This document shows, in pieces, positions 49,344 through 61,884 of a stretch of DNA of 64,000 bases. Where the stretch lies: NCBI GenBank assembly GCA_017654855.1, contig CM030333.1:4774001-4838000 (forward strand), in the 5' to 3' direction. The notes below the pieces were generated by a model, which did not search any database, was not told the origin of the DNA, and saw only the letters and a program-made list of their open reading frames with translations. This DNA comes from Podospora anserina. Its lineage: Eukaryota. How positions within the stretch are numbered: the first letter of the stretch is position 1; each line of letters starts with the position of its first letter. The position numbers were made by a program, and so were the translations under genes.

Positions 49344-50891
49344 ATGTCTACCCTCCAATCAGCCATCAATGGGGCCAGCCATGCCGTGGCTGTAATTGTG
49401 CCATCCAAACCCAGCCCTCTGGTGATGACATACAAGGATCTGCTGGCTGAGGTGCTGTCGTTCCAGCAGAAGCTTGCTGCCATCGGCATCACTCATGGGT
49501 CCCCTGTGTCTATCGCCACGGTTAACTCGTACGAATTCATCGTCTCTTTTCTCGCTGCTTCATGGCAGCGTGGCATTGCTGCACCGCTGAACCCAGCCTA
49601 CAAGCAAGAGGAGTTTGAGTTCTATATTGAGGATGTCAAGTCAGCTATTGTTTTGGTTCCCAAGGGCGCCTACCAGAAAGGTGCGCCTGCCGTCAAGGCC
49701 GCCCAGAAGTTCAACGCTGCCATCGCTGAGAGCTATTGGGATGACCAAAAGAAGGAGGTCGCGCTGGATGTCAAGGAACTTGGGCAGTTGAATGGCAAGG
49801 GGCAACAACCGCTGCTGAAGCCGCAGCCAGATGACATTGCCTTGGTCCTTCACACAAGTGGCACCACCTCTCGGCCCAAGGTTGTCCCTCTCTCCCACCG
49901 CAACCTGACCAGAACGATGAGAAACATCCAGCAAACATACCAGTTGACTGACGCGGACCGGACCATGCTGGTCATGCCCCTCTTCCACGTCCACGGTCTC
50001 CTCTGCGGTCTCTTGGCTCCTCTTCTTTCGGGTGGTTCCATGGTGGTGCCAAGCAAGTTCTCTGCTACTGAATTCTGGCAAGACTTCATCACCCACAAGG
50101 CGAATTGGTACACTGCTGTGCCTACCATCCACCAGATCCTTCTCAAGCACCCCACCCCGAACCCCCTCCCAAAGATCCGCTTTATCCGGTCATGCTCGTC
50201 TCCCCTTTCCCCGACAGTTTTCCATGCTCTTGAGAAGACCTACAATGCCCCCGTGCTCGAAGCGTATGCCATGACGGAGGCCGCTCATCAAATGACATCT
50301 AATCCTCTTCCTCCTGCAAAGAGAAAGCCTGGGACTGTGGGTATCGGTCAGGGTGTCGAAGTCGTCATTCTTGATGATGCAGGAAACAAAGTGCCACAGG
50401 GCACTGAGGGAGAGATTTCCATTCGCGGCGAAAATGTTACGTCTGGCTACCTCAACAACCCCGAAGCCAACAAGACTGCTTTTACAGCCAGTGGCTACTT
50501 CCGAACTGGCGACCAGGGCAAGCTGGATGAGGATGGCTATGTCGTGATCACAGGTCGTATCAAGGAGCTCATCAACAAGGGCGGCGAGAAGATCTCGCCC
50601 ATCGAGTTGGACAATGTTCTTACACGGAACCCAGCCGTCTCGGAAGCTGTGAGTTTCGCTATTCCGGATGAGATGTATGGCCAGGACATTGGTGTTGCCA
50701 TCGTTCTCAAGCCGGGCCAGAAATTGAGCGATGAGGATGTGAAGAAGTGGGTTGGGGACAAGCTGGCCAAGTTCAAGATTCCCAAGAAGGTCTATTTCAC
50801 TGATGTCATGCCCAAGACTGCGACTGGCAAGATCCAGAGACGCATCGTGGCCGAGACCATGCAAAAGAAGGAAGGGAGGGCGAAGTTGTAA
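49344..50891 (+). CDS. PCS60: Peroxisomal acyl/oxalyl-CoA synthetase Pcs60-like
   Basis: AMP-binding motif LHTSGTTSRPK, YAMTEAAHQM, FRTGDQG and PKTATGKIQRR; C-terminal PTS1 -AKL; TATATAA at about 49285. Confidence 0.9.
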   Translation: MSTLQSAINGASHAVAVIVPSKPSPLVMTYKDLLAEVLSFQQKLAAIGITHGSPVSIATVNSYEFIVSFLAASWQRGIAAPLNPAYKQEEFEFYIEDVKSAIVLVPKGAYQKGAPAVKAAQKFNAAIAESYWDDQKKEVALDVKELGQLNGKGQQPLLKPQPDDIALVLHTSGTTSRPKVVPLSHRNLTRTMRNIQQTYQLTDADRTMLVMPLFHVHGLLCGLLAPLLSGGSMVVPSKFSATEFWQDFITHKANWYTAVPTIHQILLKHPTPNPLPKIRFIRSCSSPLSPTVFHALEKTYNAPVLEAYAMTEAAHQMTSNPLPPAKRKPGTVGIGQGVEVVILDDAGNKVPQGTEGEISIRGENVTSGYLNNPEANKTAFTASGYFRTGDQGKLDEDGYVVITGRIKELINKGGEKISPIELDNVLTRNPAVSEAVSFAIPDEMYGQDIGVAIVLKPGQKLSDEDVKKWVGDKLAKFKIPKKVYFTDVMPKTATGKIQRRIVAETMQKKEGRAKL

Positions 50892-52232
50892 ATGGACGCG
50901 AGTATTTGCGGGCTGCACCAAGCTAGCTGTGTGCTTGATTTTTGAATGAGGATCTGGCTGTCAGTGGGTAATTTTCTAAGATAAATATCTCAAGGTTGTG
51001 TGGTTTATTTATCTGGTTCCTTTGGCTAGTTATGCAAATAGAATGGCATGAAAAGTGTCTTTCACTCTATATTAGTCTACCCATGGAGAATTGAGGAGTA
51101 CCTGCATGGGAAGGCAAACAGACTGTCAAGCAGCCAAAGGAGTCAGGCATGCAACTCCATGTCCGATTGATCAATGCTCTAATCCAACAAACGAAGTGAC
51201 TTCCCTTATCTCCAAACCTTTGCCCACTTGTGCTGCCCGGTAATTCCAGTTTGTTATCAGCTTTTTCGAGCTGCGTGTATGGAATTTAACAAGTCTCGCA
51301 TGAAAACCAAACCTGCTGTTGCTGATATGGTCTGTGCGCACCCCCTGATCCAAAGTAAACAACGGCCCCTTTTCCAAGCTGACAACCGCCAATTCCGTAA
51401 CAAACAGACCTTACCAAAGATGATAAGCAACGGTACAACACACTGGCTTTGCCATGGATTTCTTCGGTGACTCTACCGTATCAACCTATTAACCGGGTGG
51501 TGTTGTGTTTCCCAGGTTGTGGTCGCTTTTCACCCGTGGCCCAGTTGCTGAGCAGTGCCTTCCTTCCTCGTCGATAGCTCCTGCCGTGGCAAGCACATCC
51601 AGCACCAGGCCTACATCAGCACACACAAGGCGAGCTGCTCCTTCCGTTTGGAATCGTAGAACGAACGCAGGGCACACAGTCTAAATTTTTTCCAGGTAGG
51701 TATTTATTCTCGGCGACCTGCGTGTCCTCTCTCCCTCTTTTCTTCCCACACAAACCAACACCTCTCCAATTTTGAAACCGGCGACATTGTCGCGGGTCCG
51801 CACCCTCTGACCGATTATTCAACGCCGAGAATACCACTTCGGCTTTGTTTGACCATCAGCCTGAAGTATTTATTGTCGACTTCCTTGGGTACTTCTCGCT
51901 CTGCTTCTTGTTGTCTGCAACAAGCAGCAACCAGCCACGCCCGAGACTTCAACACAGGTAAGACTCCCCTCTCCCCTCTCCTTCCATACCCACTTCCCAG
52001 CCTTTCCTTCCTGGCCCAACCAAGGCAACGGCCTCATTTCCCAAACCCTGTCTGCTCTGCCTCTTCTACCATACCTCGACCCACGGCATATCAGGTCGGT
52101 CGAGCGGCTTTTTCCAGTTTTTCCAACAACCTCTACCACTGACCGACCGACTGACTTCAAGGAAACCCTGGAACTCTCGACTTCAGAAACACATCACCTT
52201 CACCAGTACTACCAAGTTGACCCGTCGCCAAA

Positions 52233-53977
52233 ATGTCTTGGGACAACGGGAACGATAACTGGGGCAACCCCACTCCCGCCGCCACCAGCGGCGGTGACGA
52301 TTGGGGCAAAGGTTCTGCTTCCAACAACAATGATGGCAATGGCTTTGGCGATGACAGCTTCCGCGGTGTTGCCACCTCTGGCAACGGCGGTTTTAGCGAT
52401 GCTGCCCCCTTTGGCGGCGACGGCGAGCACCGCGGCGAGACCGGGTAAGTCCTTCTTGATCACCCTCCTATTTCCAGCAGACATCATCCCTAACATATCA
52501 TCAGTCACAACAAGGCTGATTGCTCCAACCCGCGCAAGCCTCTTGGTGCTTGCCGCCGCTGCGGTGACGAAGGTCACTATAGCAAGGATTGTCCCACTGC
52601 TGGTCCCATGACCTGCAACGCATGCGGTTCAACGGAACACCTTCGCAAGGAGTGTCCCGATGCCGGGCCAATGCTTTGCAAGAACTGTGGCGAAGAGGGT
52701 AGTCTGTTGCTGCCTGAGTGATTGACAATGACATCGAATGCTAACTCCTTGCGTCCAGGCCACACCATCTCTGCTTGCGAGAATGCTCGCAAGGTGGACC
52801 GCAGCGAAATTCCCGACAAGACTACTGAGGAAGCTTGGGAGTTGATCAAGACTGCTGTCGCCGAGCGCGACATTGACGACCTCAAGGCTGCAGTTCAGAT
52901 TTACGTGAAGTCACAGCCTGACTGCACTTATCAGCAGCTCGAGTCGGCCTTCCGTGGTCATGACCTCGGGGTTTGGCTCATCGCCCTTGAGAGACCCACT
53001 GTCTCTACTCTGACCAATATGGATCTGCAGGGAAATCTTGGGAAGAAATACACGGTGTCGTACCGTTTCTCCCCCAACCCCGCTCGCCCCCGCGAGCGTG
53101 AGGGTTGGCCCGAGACTGAAGAGGAGCGTATGGAGCGCTTGGCTGACGCTGGCGAGCTCGTTGCTGGTGGTTTGCCCAAGTGTCGCAACTGCGACCAGCT
53201 TGGTCATATCTCTAAACACTGCAAGGAGGACAAGCGTGAAAACGAGCGAATCCAGGTCAAGTGCTACAACTGTGACGAGGTCGGCCATCGTGTCCGCGAC
53301 TGTAAGCTCTGGTCTCGCTGGGTATGTGATGCAGAGAGCTAGCTAACATTGATTGAAGGCCCGACTCCTCGCGTGGACAAGTTCGCCTGCAAGAACTGTG
53401 GACAGCCTGGCCATCCCGTGGCTGAATGCCCCGAGCCTCGCTCCGCCGAGGGTGTCGAATGTCGCAAGTGCAACGAGAGTAAGTCATCACGGCCCATGTG
53501 TGTTCCTTGAAGCTCATGATCTTGGACTGACTGGTTCCTGTGTTAGCTGGCCACTTTTCGAAGGATTGCCCGTCTGCCGGTCCTCGTGGCTGCCGGAATT
53601 GTGGCCAAGAGGGCCACATGTCCAAGGAATGCACAGAACCCAAGAACATGGATAATGTGCAGTGCCGCAACTGCGATGAGATGGGTCACTTCTCAAAGGA
53701 GTGCCCCAAGCCTCCTGACTGTAAGTTGATGTCGTTTCTCGACCTATCGATGACGTGCTTGCTGACAATCTCTCAAACAGGGTCTCGTGTCGAGTGCCAA
53801 AACTGCCACCAGAAGGGTCACACCAAGGTTCGCTGTCCGAACCCCTTGGTCTCGGATGAGGACAGCGGCGGTTTTGGTGGTGGTGACGGTGGTTTTGGCG
53901 GTGGTGGTGGTGGCTTTGGCGGAGGCGATGGCGGCTTCGACAACGCTGCCCCTTGTGCCGACGACGGCGGCTGGTAA
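52233..53977 (+). CDS. Multi-CCHC zinc-knuckle nucleic-acid-binding protein (CnjB-like) with G/W/D-rich termini
   Basis: Exons 52233-52444, 52505-52698, 52759-53301, 53359-53478, 53547-53720 and 53781-53977 give about 10 CCHC motifs plus a central helical domain ([14 protein letters not shown]). Confidence 0.82.
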
Positions 53978-54318
53978 TGCACTGCTTCCTACATCTCTAT
54001 GGGAATATGGTCTTTGGGGATTTTGGATGGAATCTTTCTGAGAGTTTCCGTCAACTTGAGCTCTTGATCTTCTGGGGCTATTTCTTAGAAGAGTTTTCTT
54101 TTCACACAGCCAGCAGGTACCAATAGGGTAGCTATCTTGCATGGGCTTTGTTTCCGCTCTGACAGAAAACGATGGTTTTTTTACTACTGAAGCCGATTGA
54201 TTTTGTGACGCAAATAAGGGCGGTGTTGTGATAAACAAATATATTTATGATCTGGCAGTTATATACACGAGCCATGCGTGTTTTTCCATTTGTTCCCGGC
54301 TTCTGGTCTACTTCTGGC

Positions 54319-55257
54319 CTACTTTGTCAAGACACCAATGATGTGTGGCATGGTCTGGAACCAAGGCGAGTTGGCCGGTTGGGCCAGATCGACTTCTTGC
54401 CACGGGCCCGCGTCTTGGAGGAGGTACTTGGATGTATCTCTGCACATCTCACAGCCACCCACGAAGTGAGGCCAGAAAATGTTCATAAAGGCTGATTATC
54501 TCAGGGTCAGTGATGCTTTTGAGATGATTGTTAGACAAAAAAAGGAAGACATACACTGATACCACCCCAGCCACTTTGGCTGCTTGGGTTCCCAGGGCTC
54601 CCCTTGCCCCGGCAGTTCCCCGTCAAAAGTCTTGACGTGCTCGTACACGTACCACTTCCCGTCTGGCTTGAGGTACTCGTACAGCATCTTGATGTTTTTT
54701 TGCGGCTCGGGGATCGAGCAGAGGCACATGACGGTCATGACGCTGTCCACGCTCCCCTTTTCGATATGCGCCACCGCCTCGAGGTCCTCGATCCCGACGG
54801 GGATGACATTGTATCTCCCTTCCAACCCGGCAGTTTTGACCGTTTGGCGCAGGGAGGCGGCGTTTCCCTCGTTCGGCTCGACGCCGTAGATCTTGGTGAT
54901 GGAGGGGATTTGGGAGAGGGTGGGGAGCCACATTCCCGAACCGGGGCCTATCTCGAGGACTGTGCCGGATAGGGGGGGGTGGATTGGGGATGGGTGGGTG
55001 ATGCCCCTGGAGATGTGCCCTGATAAAAGGGGGATGACGAGGGCGGAGGAGTTTTCTCTGACTTGGGGGCCGACGAAGGACCAGAAGCGGGTGAACCAGA
55101 GGGATTTGAGGAGGGGGAGGTTCCAGGGGAGGAGGAGGGAAGGTTGGGAGAGGATGGTTCGGGGGAGGAAGGTGAGGGAAAGGAGGATGAACTTTTGGGG
55201 GAAGAGGAGGGAGGTGAGGATGTCCCAGAGGGAGTATTCTTGCTTCATGACGGGCAT
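54319..55257 (-). CDS. SAM-dependent methyltransferase (METTL7-like, Methyltransf_11 type)
   Basis: Motif I VLEIGPGSG, IYGVEPN, SVDSVMTVMCLCSI and LKPDGKWYVYEHV. Intron 54554-54492 restores W.H..GGC.M.RDT. Confidence 0.85.
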
Positions 55258-55953
55258 GGTGGTGGTGGTGGTGGTGTTCACTTGGAATGGTTCAATTTGG
55301 GAGAGGTGTCTGTGGGAAAAGTTAATGATTAAGAAGTGAGCTGAGCTGGGAGGGAAAGGGACGTACTGAGGGGTAGGGGTGTGTTTGGTCCATATATATA
55401 CTCTTACACAGTAGTAGGGCGGCTTATACACGCTTCAGCCTGTCCAATCAAGCTGTACATCGCACCAGGAAGGAAACAGAAGCCTCAGGGGTTCTCCATT
55501 TTCCCTCCTCCCTTTGTACCCGAAAGACTTGGCCGATATTTGCCGGGATGCGGGTTAGGGTTAAAGTTCGAGACCAGGGACTGCCAGCGATAAGAAGATA
55601 GCTGGTGCGTGCCCAATCAGACTCGCACGATAAGATTTACATGTTCCCAATGGCCACTCTGTCTGCATTGGAAGCTCTTCTTGCGCCGTGCCGCGAGCTG
55701 ATGGGTGCCGCCCTGGGATTTTGTATAAGTGTACTTTACTCTTGGGAGCGCCAACGAAATTTCGTGGCAAACACCGTCTGATTTCTCCCTTGAATTTTTT
55801 ATATCAGGACACGTTCGGCCACTTGTCACTCGTTTCAGACTTGGTTCACCTATTCACCACGTCGGCGCCCTCGCGCGCAATCCCCTGAAGCTATCACCCA
55901 AGTACACCCGCAGACTCCCACAGCAGGGGACACACACGACACATACGGTCAAG

Positions 55954-57347
55954 ATGAGGTTCGGCAAGGGGCTCCTTTTGGGGCTGCTTGCCTTTGCGCA
56001 AGTTGTCATGGGCGAGGATTACTACAAGGTCCGTTTATGCCGTTCTGTCTCCCCGTCGCAAGTTTATAAACTAACATTTGGTGTCACAGGTCCTCGGTGT
56101 CGGCAAGGACGCAACGGAGAAACAGATCAAGTCTGCCTACAGGCAACTAAGCAAGAAATACCACCCAGACAAGAACCCGTACGTCTCTCTCCGTGAGCCT
56201 CAGCCATTGCGCAGCCAATGCTGACCTTGAAAAAAACAGGGGTGACGACACGGCCCACGAGAAGTTCGTCCTCGTCTCCGAAGCCTACGAGGCGCTCTCC
56301 GACCAAGAGTCACGCTCCATGTACGACCAGCTCGGCTACGACGCCTACAAGCAGCGCAAGCAAAACGGCGGGCAGGGCGGCGGTCACGACCCCTTCGACC
56401 TCTTCTCCCGCTTCTTCGGCGGCAGCGGCCACTTTGGCAACCGACCTGGGGAGCGCCGCGGCCCCAACCTCGAGCTCAAGGTCGGCATCGCCCTGCGAGA
56501 CTTTTACAATGGGAAAACGACAGAGTTCCAGTGGGACAAGCAGCAAATCTGCGACGAGTGCGAGGGGACCGGTGCGGCGGATAAGGTGGTGCATAAATGT
56601 CATGCCTGCAACGGGCAGGGTGTCAGATTGGTGAGGCACCAGATCGCGCCCGGGATGGTCACCCAGGTGCAGATGCAGTGCGATCACTGCGGTGGGAGGG
56701 GCAAGTCCATCAAGCACAAGTGCAAGGCTTGCGGTGGCGAGCGGGTTGTTCGCAAGCCTACTCCTGTGTCGGTTACTATTCAGCGGGGCATGGCTAATGG
56801 GGTGCGGATCGCGTATGAGAACGAGGCCGACGAGAGCCCGGACTGGGTGGCTGGTGATTTGCTGGTTACTCTTGTTGAGAAGGAGCCCAGTCTGGAGGAG
56901 GACAACCCGGACCATGTGGATGGTGTGTTCTTTAGGCGCAAGGGCAATGATGTCTACTGGAAGGAGGTGCTGTCTGTCCGGGAGGCCTGGATGGGCGACT
57001 GGACCAGAAATCTCACACACCTGGACGGGCATATCGTACGGTTAGGGCGCAAAAGAGGGGAGATCATTCAGCCCGGCCACGTCGAGACGGTGCCAGGGGA
57101 GGGTATGCCCATCTGGGACGAGGACGGGGACAGCGTCTACCACAAGACCCAGTTTGGCAACCTCTACGTCGAGTACACGGTTATCTTGCCAGACCAGATG
57201 GAGAGCGGGATGGAGAAGGAGCTGTGGGCGCTGTTCCAAAAGTACAGGCAAAAGAACGGGGTGGATCTGCACAAGGATAGCGGCAGGCCAGAAAAGGTTG
57301 TTTTGCATGAGGACAGGGAGCAGGAGCGGGAGCATGAGGAGTTATGA
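55954..57347 (+). CDS. SCJ1: ER-luminal type I DnaJ co-chaperone Scj1
   Basis: Signal peptide, J domain with HPDKN, four CxxCxGxG-type repeats and C-terminal HEEL ER-retrieval signal. Introns 56029-56089 and 56179-56239. Confidence 0.92.
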
Positions 57348-57662
57348 TGATATATTTTTGGTAAAGGCGGTTTCTTTTTTTTTCTTCCACCAACAGCTAG
57401 AGAGCGGAAACTAGATGGGTTTCATTTTTATAAGTATGCGGCATTACAATGTATTACATGGACGTAACAGCAGACAAGAAATCAGGATATTCCAGTCGTA
57501 TATGTGTGTGTATTACCCCTGAGTTGTGATCCGTTTCCATAAAGACAAAATAAGCAAAGTCATATCTAACGTAAACAACACATTGATATATCGAGCCAAA
57601 GATAAAAAACATCAAATCAACAAAACAACATGTATAAGAAACCAAGACGTAAACTCAACGGC

Positions 57663-57685
57663 AAAAAAAAAAAAAAAAAAAAAAA
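57663..57685. repeat. Poly(A) tract of 23 nt between convergent gene ends
   Basis: Directly visible homopolymer. Confidence 0.9.
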
Positions 57686-57723
57686 CCAATAAAAAAGCCA
57701 AAACGCAAGGTCATTAAAAGTCA

Positions 57724-60700
57724 TCACCGATTCCTCCTCTCCCGATCATCACTATCATCATCATCCCTGTGATATCGCCTACTACTCCTCCTACTCCTCC
57801 TCCGCTTTCGATCTTCATCACCGTAATAATCATCGTCATCATGGTCGTAATCGTGAGAATCGTGACGTCCCTTTTTGGTCCCCCGACTGCTCTCCCCCCG
57901 CTCATCCTCCGTCTGTCTCTTATCACTCCTCTTCCGCCTTCTATACCGATCATCGTCCTCATCATCACCCTCATCCTCACTCCGATCGTGACCCCGACCT
58001 TTGCCCTTTCTGTCTCTACTATCCCTGTTCCCATCCCGACTACCGCTTCCTTCACCGTGACCACCTTGCAACAGATTGCCGCTTAGCAAACCCCCAATCA
58101 ACCCCATCCAACTCCCCTTCCCTTCCAAGACTCCTGTGACATTTTGCACAATCCTCTCCACCGTCTCCTTGTCCGTCCCGCTGACAGCCCAATCGCCCAT
58201 CATGTTCAGCCCATTCGGTCCCTTTGGGCTGCGGTACTCAAACGACCCCTTCCTAGAATGCACCCCACCCCGCCTGTCTTCATGCCCCTGGGCGGTAAGC
58301 GGTCTCCCCTCGCCGTCAAACCGATCTGGCAGCTCCTCCACGGCAGATTCATCATCGTCATCTGATACCGCTTTGGATTTCTTGCGAAGAGCTTTGTCAT
58401 CGTCGCTGCTGGTGGTGGGATCGAGGGGAGAAGGAGGCGTGATGTCGCTGTCCTCTTCTGCGCCTGACCTTGCGGCTTCCTGGGCTTCGCGGTGGCGGCG
58501 GAGGGTGGCTTGGGATTTAGGGGACAGGGGAACGAAGACCACCGAGCGGGCGGTGCGAGGGGTGCCGGGGATGTCGTCGTTGGGGTCGTCGGTTTCGGTT
58601 TGGGGGGTCATGATGGGGGATGTTGGGGGGGAGTAGAAGGGGGTGAGCTTGTGGTTTAGACCATCTAAGACATCAAAGTTAGTGATTCAGGAGAGCTAGA
58701 TTGTGAAGATACACGGCAGGGTATATATCATGGATGGTCTGTAATGTCAATGGGGCAAAAGGGCTAAACACCGAGACCAGACGCACCCTTCTTGTCGCCT
58801 TCTACGTTGGGGCGGGGGCTTGTGGCGACGGTGGCTGCATAGGCAGCGGCTGCAGCTGCAGCTGTTGCTGGGATGGAACGACCAACGACATGAGAAGCTT
58901 CATTACTCACATGTTCAGGGCCTGGGGGTTGATTAGGTGGCGGACCTTGGGGTGCTGGCGGCGGCGGCATCTGGTGTGGAGGGGGAGGTGGCATGCCGTT
59001 GTTGGTGGCTGCCGAGTTGGGCGGGACACCAGGCGGTTGAGGGGAGAAGCCGGTGTAGTCAGGTGGGCGGTAGGGCTGGTACTGCTGCTGATGGAGGTTG
59101 TCCGAGACGTAGTTGGGATGGTTGGTGAAGCCGTTGTTGACTACAGGCTGCGGCGGCGGCGGTGGTTGATAGTATCCGCCCGAGGCATGGGCTGGAGATG
59201 GCGTTCGTCTGTAGTCGTCCTCATCCTCATAGCCTTGGTATCACGTTAGTAGATGGTTCCAAGTCAGCTTTCTGGAAAAACAGTCAGTTCTACTCACGTC
59301 TTTGGTCCCGCTCTTTGCCCCGGCTCTTCTCCCGCTCCCTCCTCCGCTCGATGTCACGGTCATAGCTCCTATCTCGGCTTCGGTCCCTAGGCCTGTCCTT
59401 AGATCGGTCTCTGCTCCTGTCACGGTCACGGTCTCGGTCTTCGTCACGATCTCTCCTGCTACGATCCCTATCACGGTCCCTATCGCGGTCTCTCTCACGA
59501 TCCCTCTCTCGGTCTCTCTCATCTCTATCCCTTTCTTTTTCCTTTTCTTTCTCTTTCTTGCTATCACGAACCTTCTTGATGCCAAAGGCTGCAGCGCCAG
59601 CCGCAGCAGCTCCGGCAGCCAAGTCTCTCAGCTTACTGCCACTCCTCTTCTCCTTGTCCGTCTCGGGCTCGCTGTCGGCCGAGTAATCACTATCATCGCC
59701 TCTCGATCGTCTTCGGTGGCCCCTCTTCCTCCGTCCGCGGTGTCGGCCCTCCTCCGCCGCGGATTCATACCCCGCTGCCGCGGCAGCCGGTCCCATCGCC
59801 GTGCCGTAAGGATCGTGGGGACGGGCCGGGTTCGCATACAGGGGGTGCGCCCCGTACTCAACCATGCCTAATTCAGGATCAGTGGGTGGAAGGTCAGCGT
59901 CGGGGTACGTGGGTCCGGACCGAGGTAAACTTCTGCTTCTGCTGCGCCGGCGATAGGATTCCTCATCGCGCGCATAGTGCTCTTCATCGCTGAGCTCGCG
60001 CTCACGCTTCAGTGCCTCCTTCTCGCGCTCGCCCTCCTTCTTGTCCTGTCGCTTGTCGTACATCTTCTTGGCCCCGGCGGCGGCAAGACCGGCGGCTACC
60101 ATCTCGGCGCCGGTGCGCAGGCGAGATCGGGAGCGGCTCTTACCATCGCGGGACTTGCTTCTCTTGTGGCGGTAGTGCTGGACGAGTCCAACCGCGGCGG
60201 CAGTGCCGAGTCCGGCTTTGGCTGCTGCGCTTTTGGATCGCTTGCGGCTGGGGGAACGGGAGCTGTCGCTTGAAGCACGGTGGACGGGGCGTCCGCGGGC
60301 CATCTCCTCCTTTTCGACCTTGTTGCTCTGGTACAGTTTGGCAGCGCCGGCAGCTGCGAGAGCCACAGCGGCGATACCAAGACCTGTCTTGAGCCTAGAG
60401 TGAGGTGACCGCGAACGAGAGCGCGAACGCGAGTGCCCATGCCGAGACCGAGAGCGCTCCCTGATGATGATCTCCTTGTCCTTTTCTCCATACTTGTCTT
60501 CGTAGGCGCTGTGAGCGCGTCTGGCAACCTCGGTACCGATGGCTCCCAGGGCAGCGCCAGCGAGGACTTTGCGACCACGCTTCTCAGGAAGCTCACCCTG
60601 GGCATTGCGGCGAGATGCTAGAATGGCAGAGATACCTGCGCCAGCAAGAGCACCTTCGGCAATGTGGCGCTTCCTGTGGGGACTGCTCGACTCCTCACGC

Positions 60701-61884
60701 TTGACGATTCTCCGTCTGACATATACCTCTTTGTCTGACTCGGCATCGCTGTAGCCGTCATGATGATGGCTGTGACGGCTATGGCTGTGGTGGTGATGAT
60801 GGTGGTGGCGGTGAGGCTCGCCATAGCGTTCAACCTCGTATTCTTCACGTTCTCCACGGAAAGGACCGAGCTCGCGAGATTCCCGGCGATAATAGTATTC
60901 CTCGTCCCGAGTGGGGATGCGGGCTATCGCCACATTGGTCTCTTGAGCCTGTTCACGGATGACAAGAGGCGGCGGTGGGGGCGCCTCCTGAACAATGATT
61001 CTCTGCTCAGGGACACGTTGGCGAATGACGATGGGGGCAGGCTGGACGACGGGTTCGTAGTATTCCGTCTCCTTGCGCCAGCGTTCAATCTCTCCGCTGT
61101 ACCTGTCGTCGTCACGGTGGTCACGCTCCTCAATCCGGCGTTCCACCACAACCTCACCGCCGTGGGAATCCCGGTGCTCGACCCTCCTCTCCACTCGGAC
61201 TTCAGTCTGCTTGTCCTCATCCCAGTATGAACGGCGTTCCCAGTCACGAGGAGTCCTCGGCGAGAAGGCATCTTCGCGATCGCGCTCGGCTCGGACAAGT
61301 TCCTTGGACTCGTAGACAACCTTGGGGCGGTCGGTGATATCCTGACGCCAATACTCGTTGTTCCGGTCATCTCGCTCCACAACCTGCCTCTCAACCACGG
61401 TGCGGGTCCGGTCATAGTCCCGGTCATCCCGCTCCCGCTCGATAATACGCTCCCGCTCCACAACAGTGTCCCTGTCCCCGCCGCGATCGCGATACTCGGT
61501 CCGGTCGACCCGGATGAAGTCGTCTCTGGGCTCGCGCTCCCTCTCCCGCTCGATTACCTCACGGCGCTCTACATAGGTGGCGCTGTGAGGCGACGGCTCG
61601 AAGGCAGAGCGAGGACGCTCGGGAACGTACACCCTCTCAACCCGACGGTCGACCTCGATGTGGTCCTCCCGATCCCGGCCTACACGGCTGCCGCCACCAT
61701 ATCGGCTGCGGCGATCCTCCTCCACGACCTCGATATCGCGCTCACGCTCGCGCTCCACCCGATCGGTCTTCTCCACTGAGACCGGTCCAACTTTGTACCG
61801 ACGCACTGTGGTTCTCTTGTAGCCCTCATCGTCGGAGGGCGACGTGTCCCGGGCGTAACGGGACTCGCGGTACACCTCGGGCAT
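57724..61884 (-). CDS. Large intrinsically disordered R/E/D-rich protein, DUF3824-like; 3' exon structure ambiguous
   Basis: Exon 1 61884-59298 has R/E/D-rich tracts, a His run and repeated AAAGAxK motifs. Intron 59297-59234. Exon 2 contains PSPAHASGGYY and Pro-rich sequence. The terminal exon 58664-57724 joins in frame from the phase-1 donor at 58786. Confidence 0.7.
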
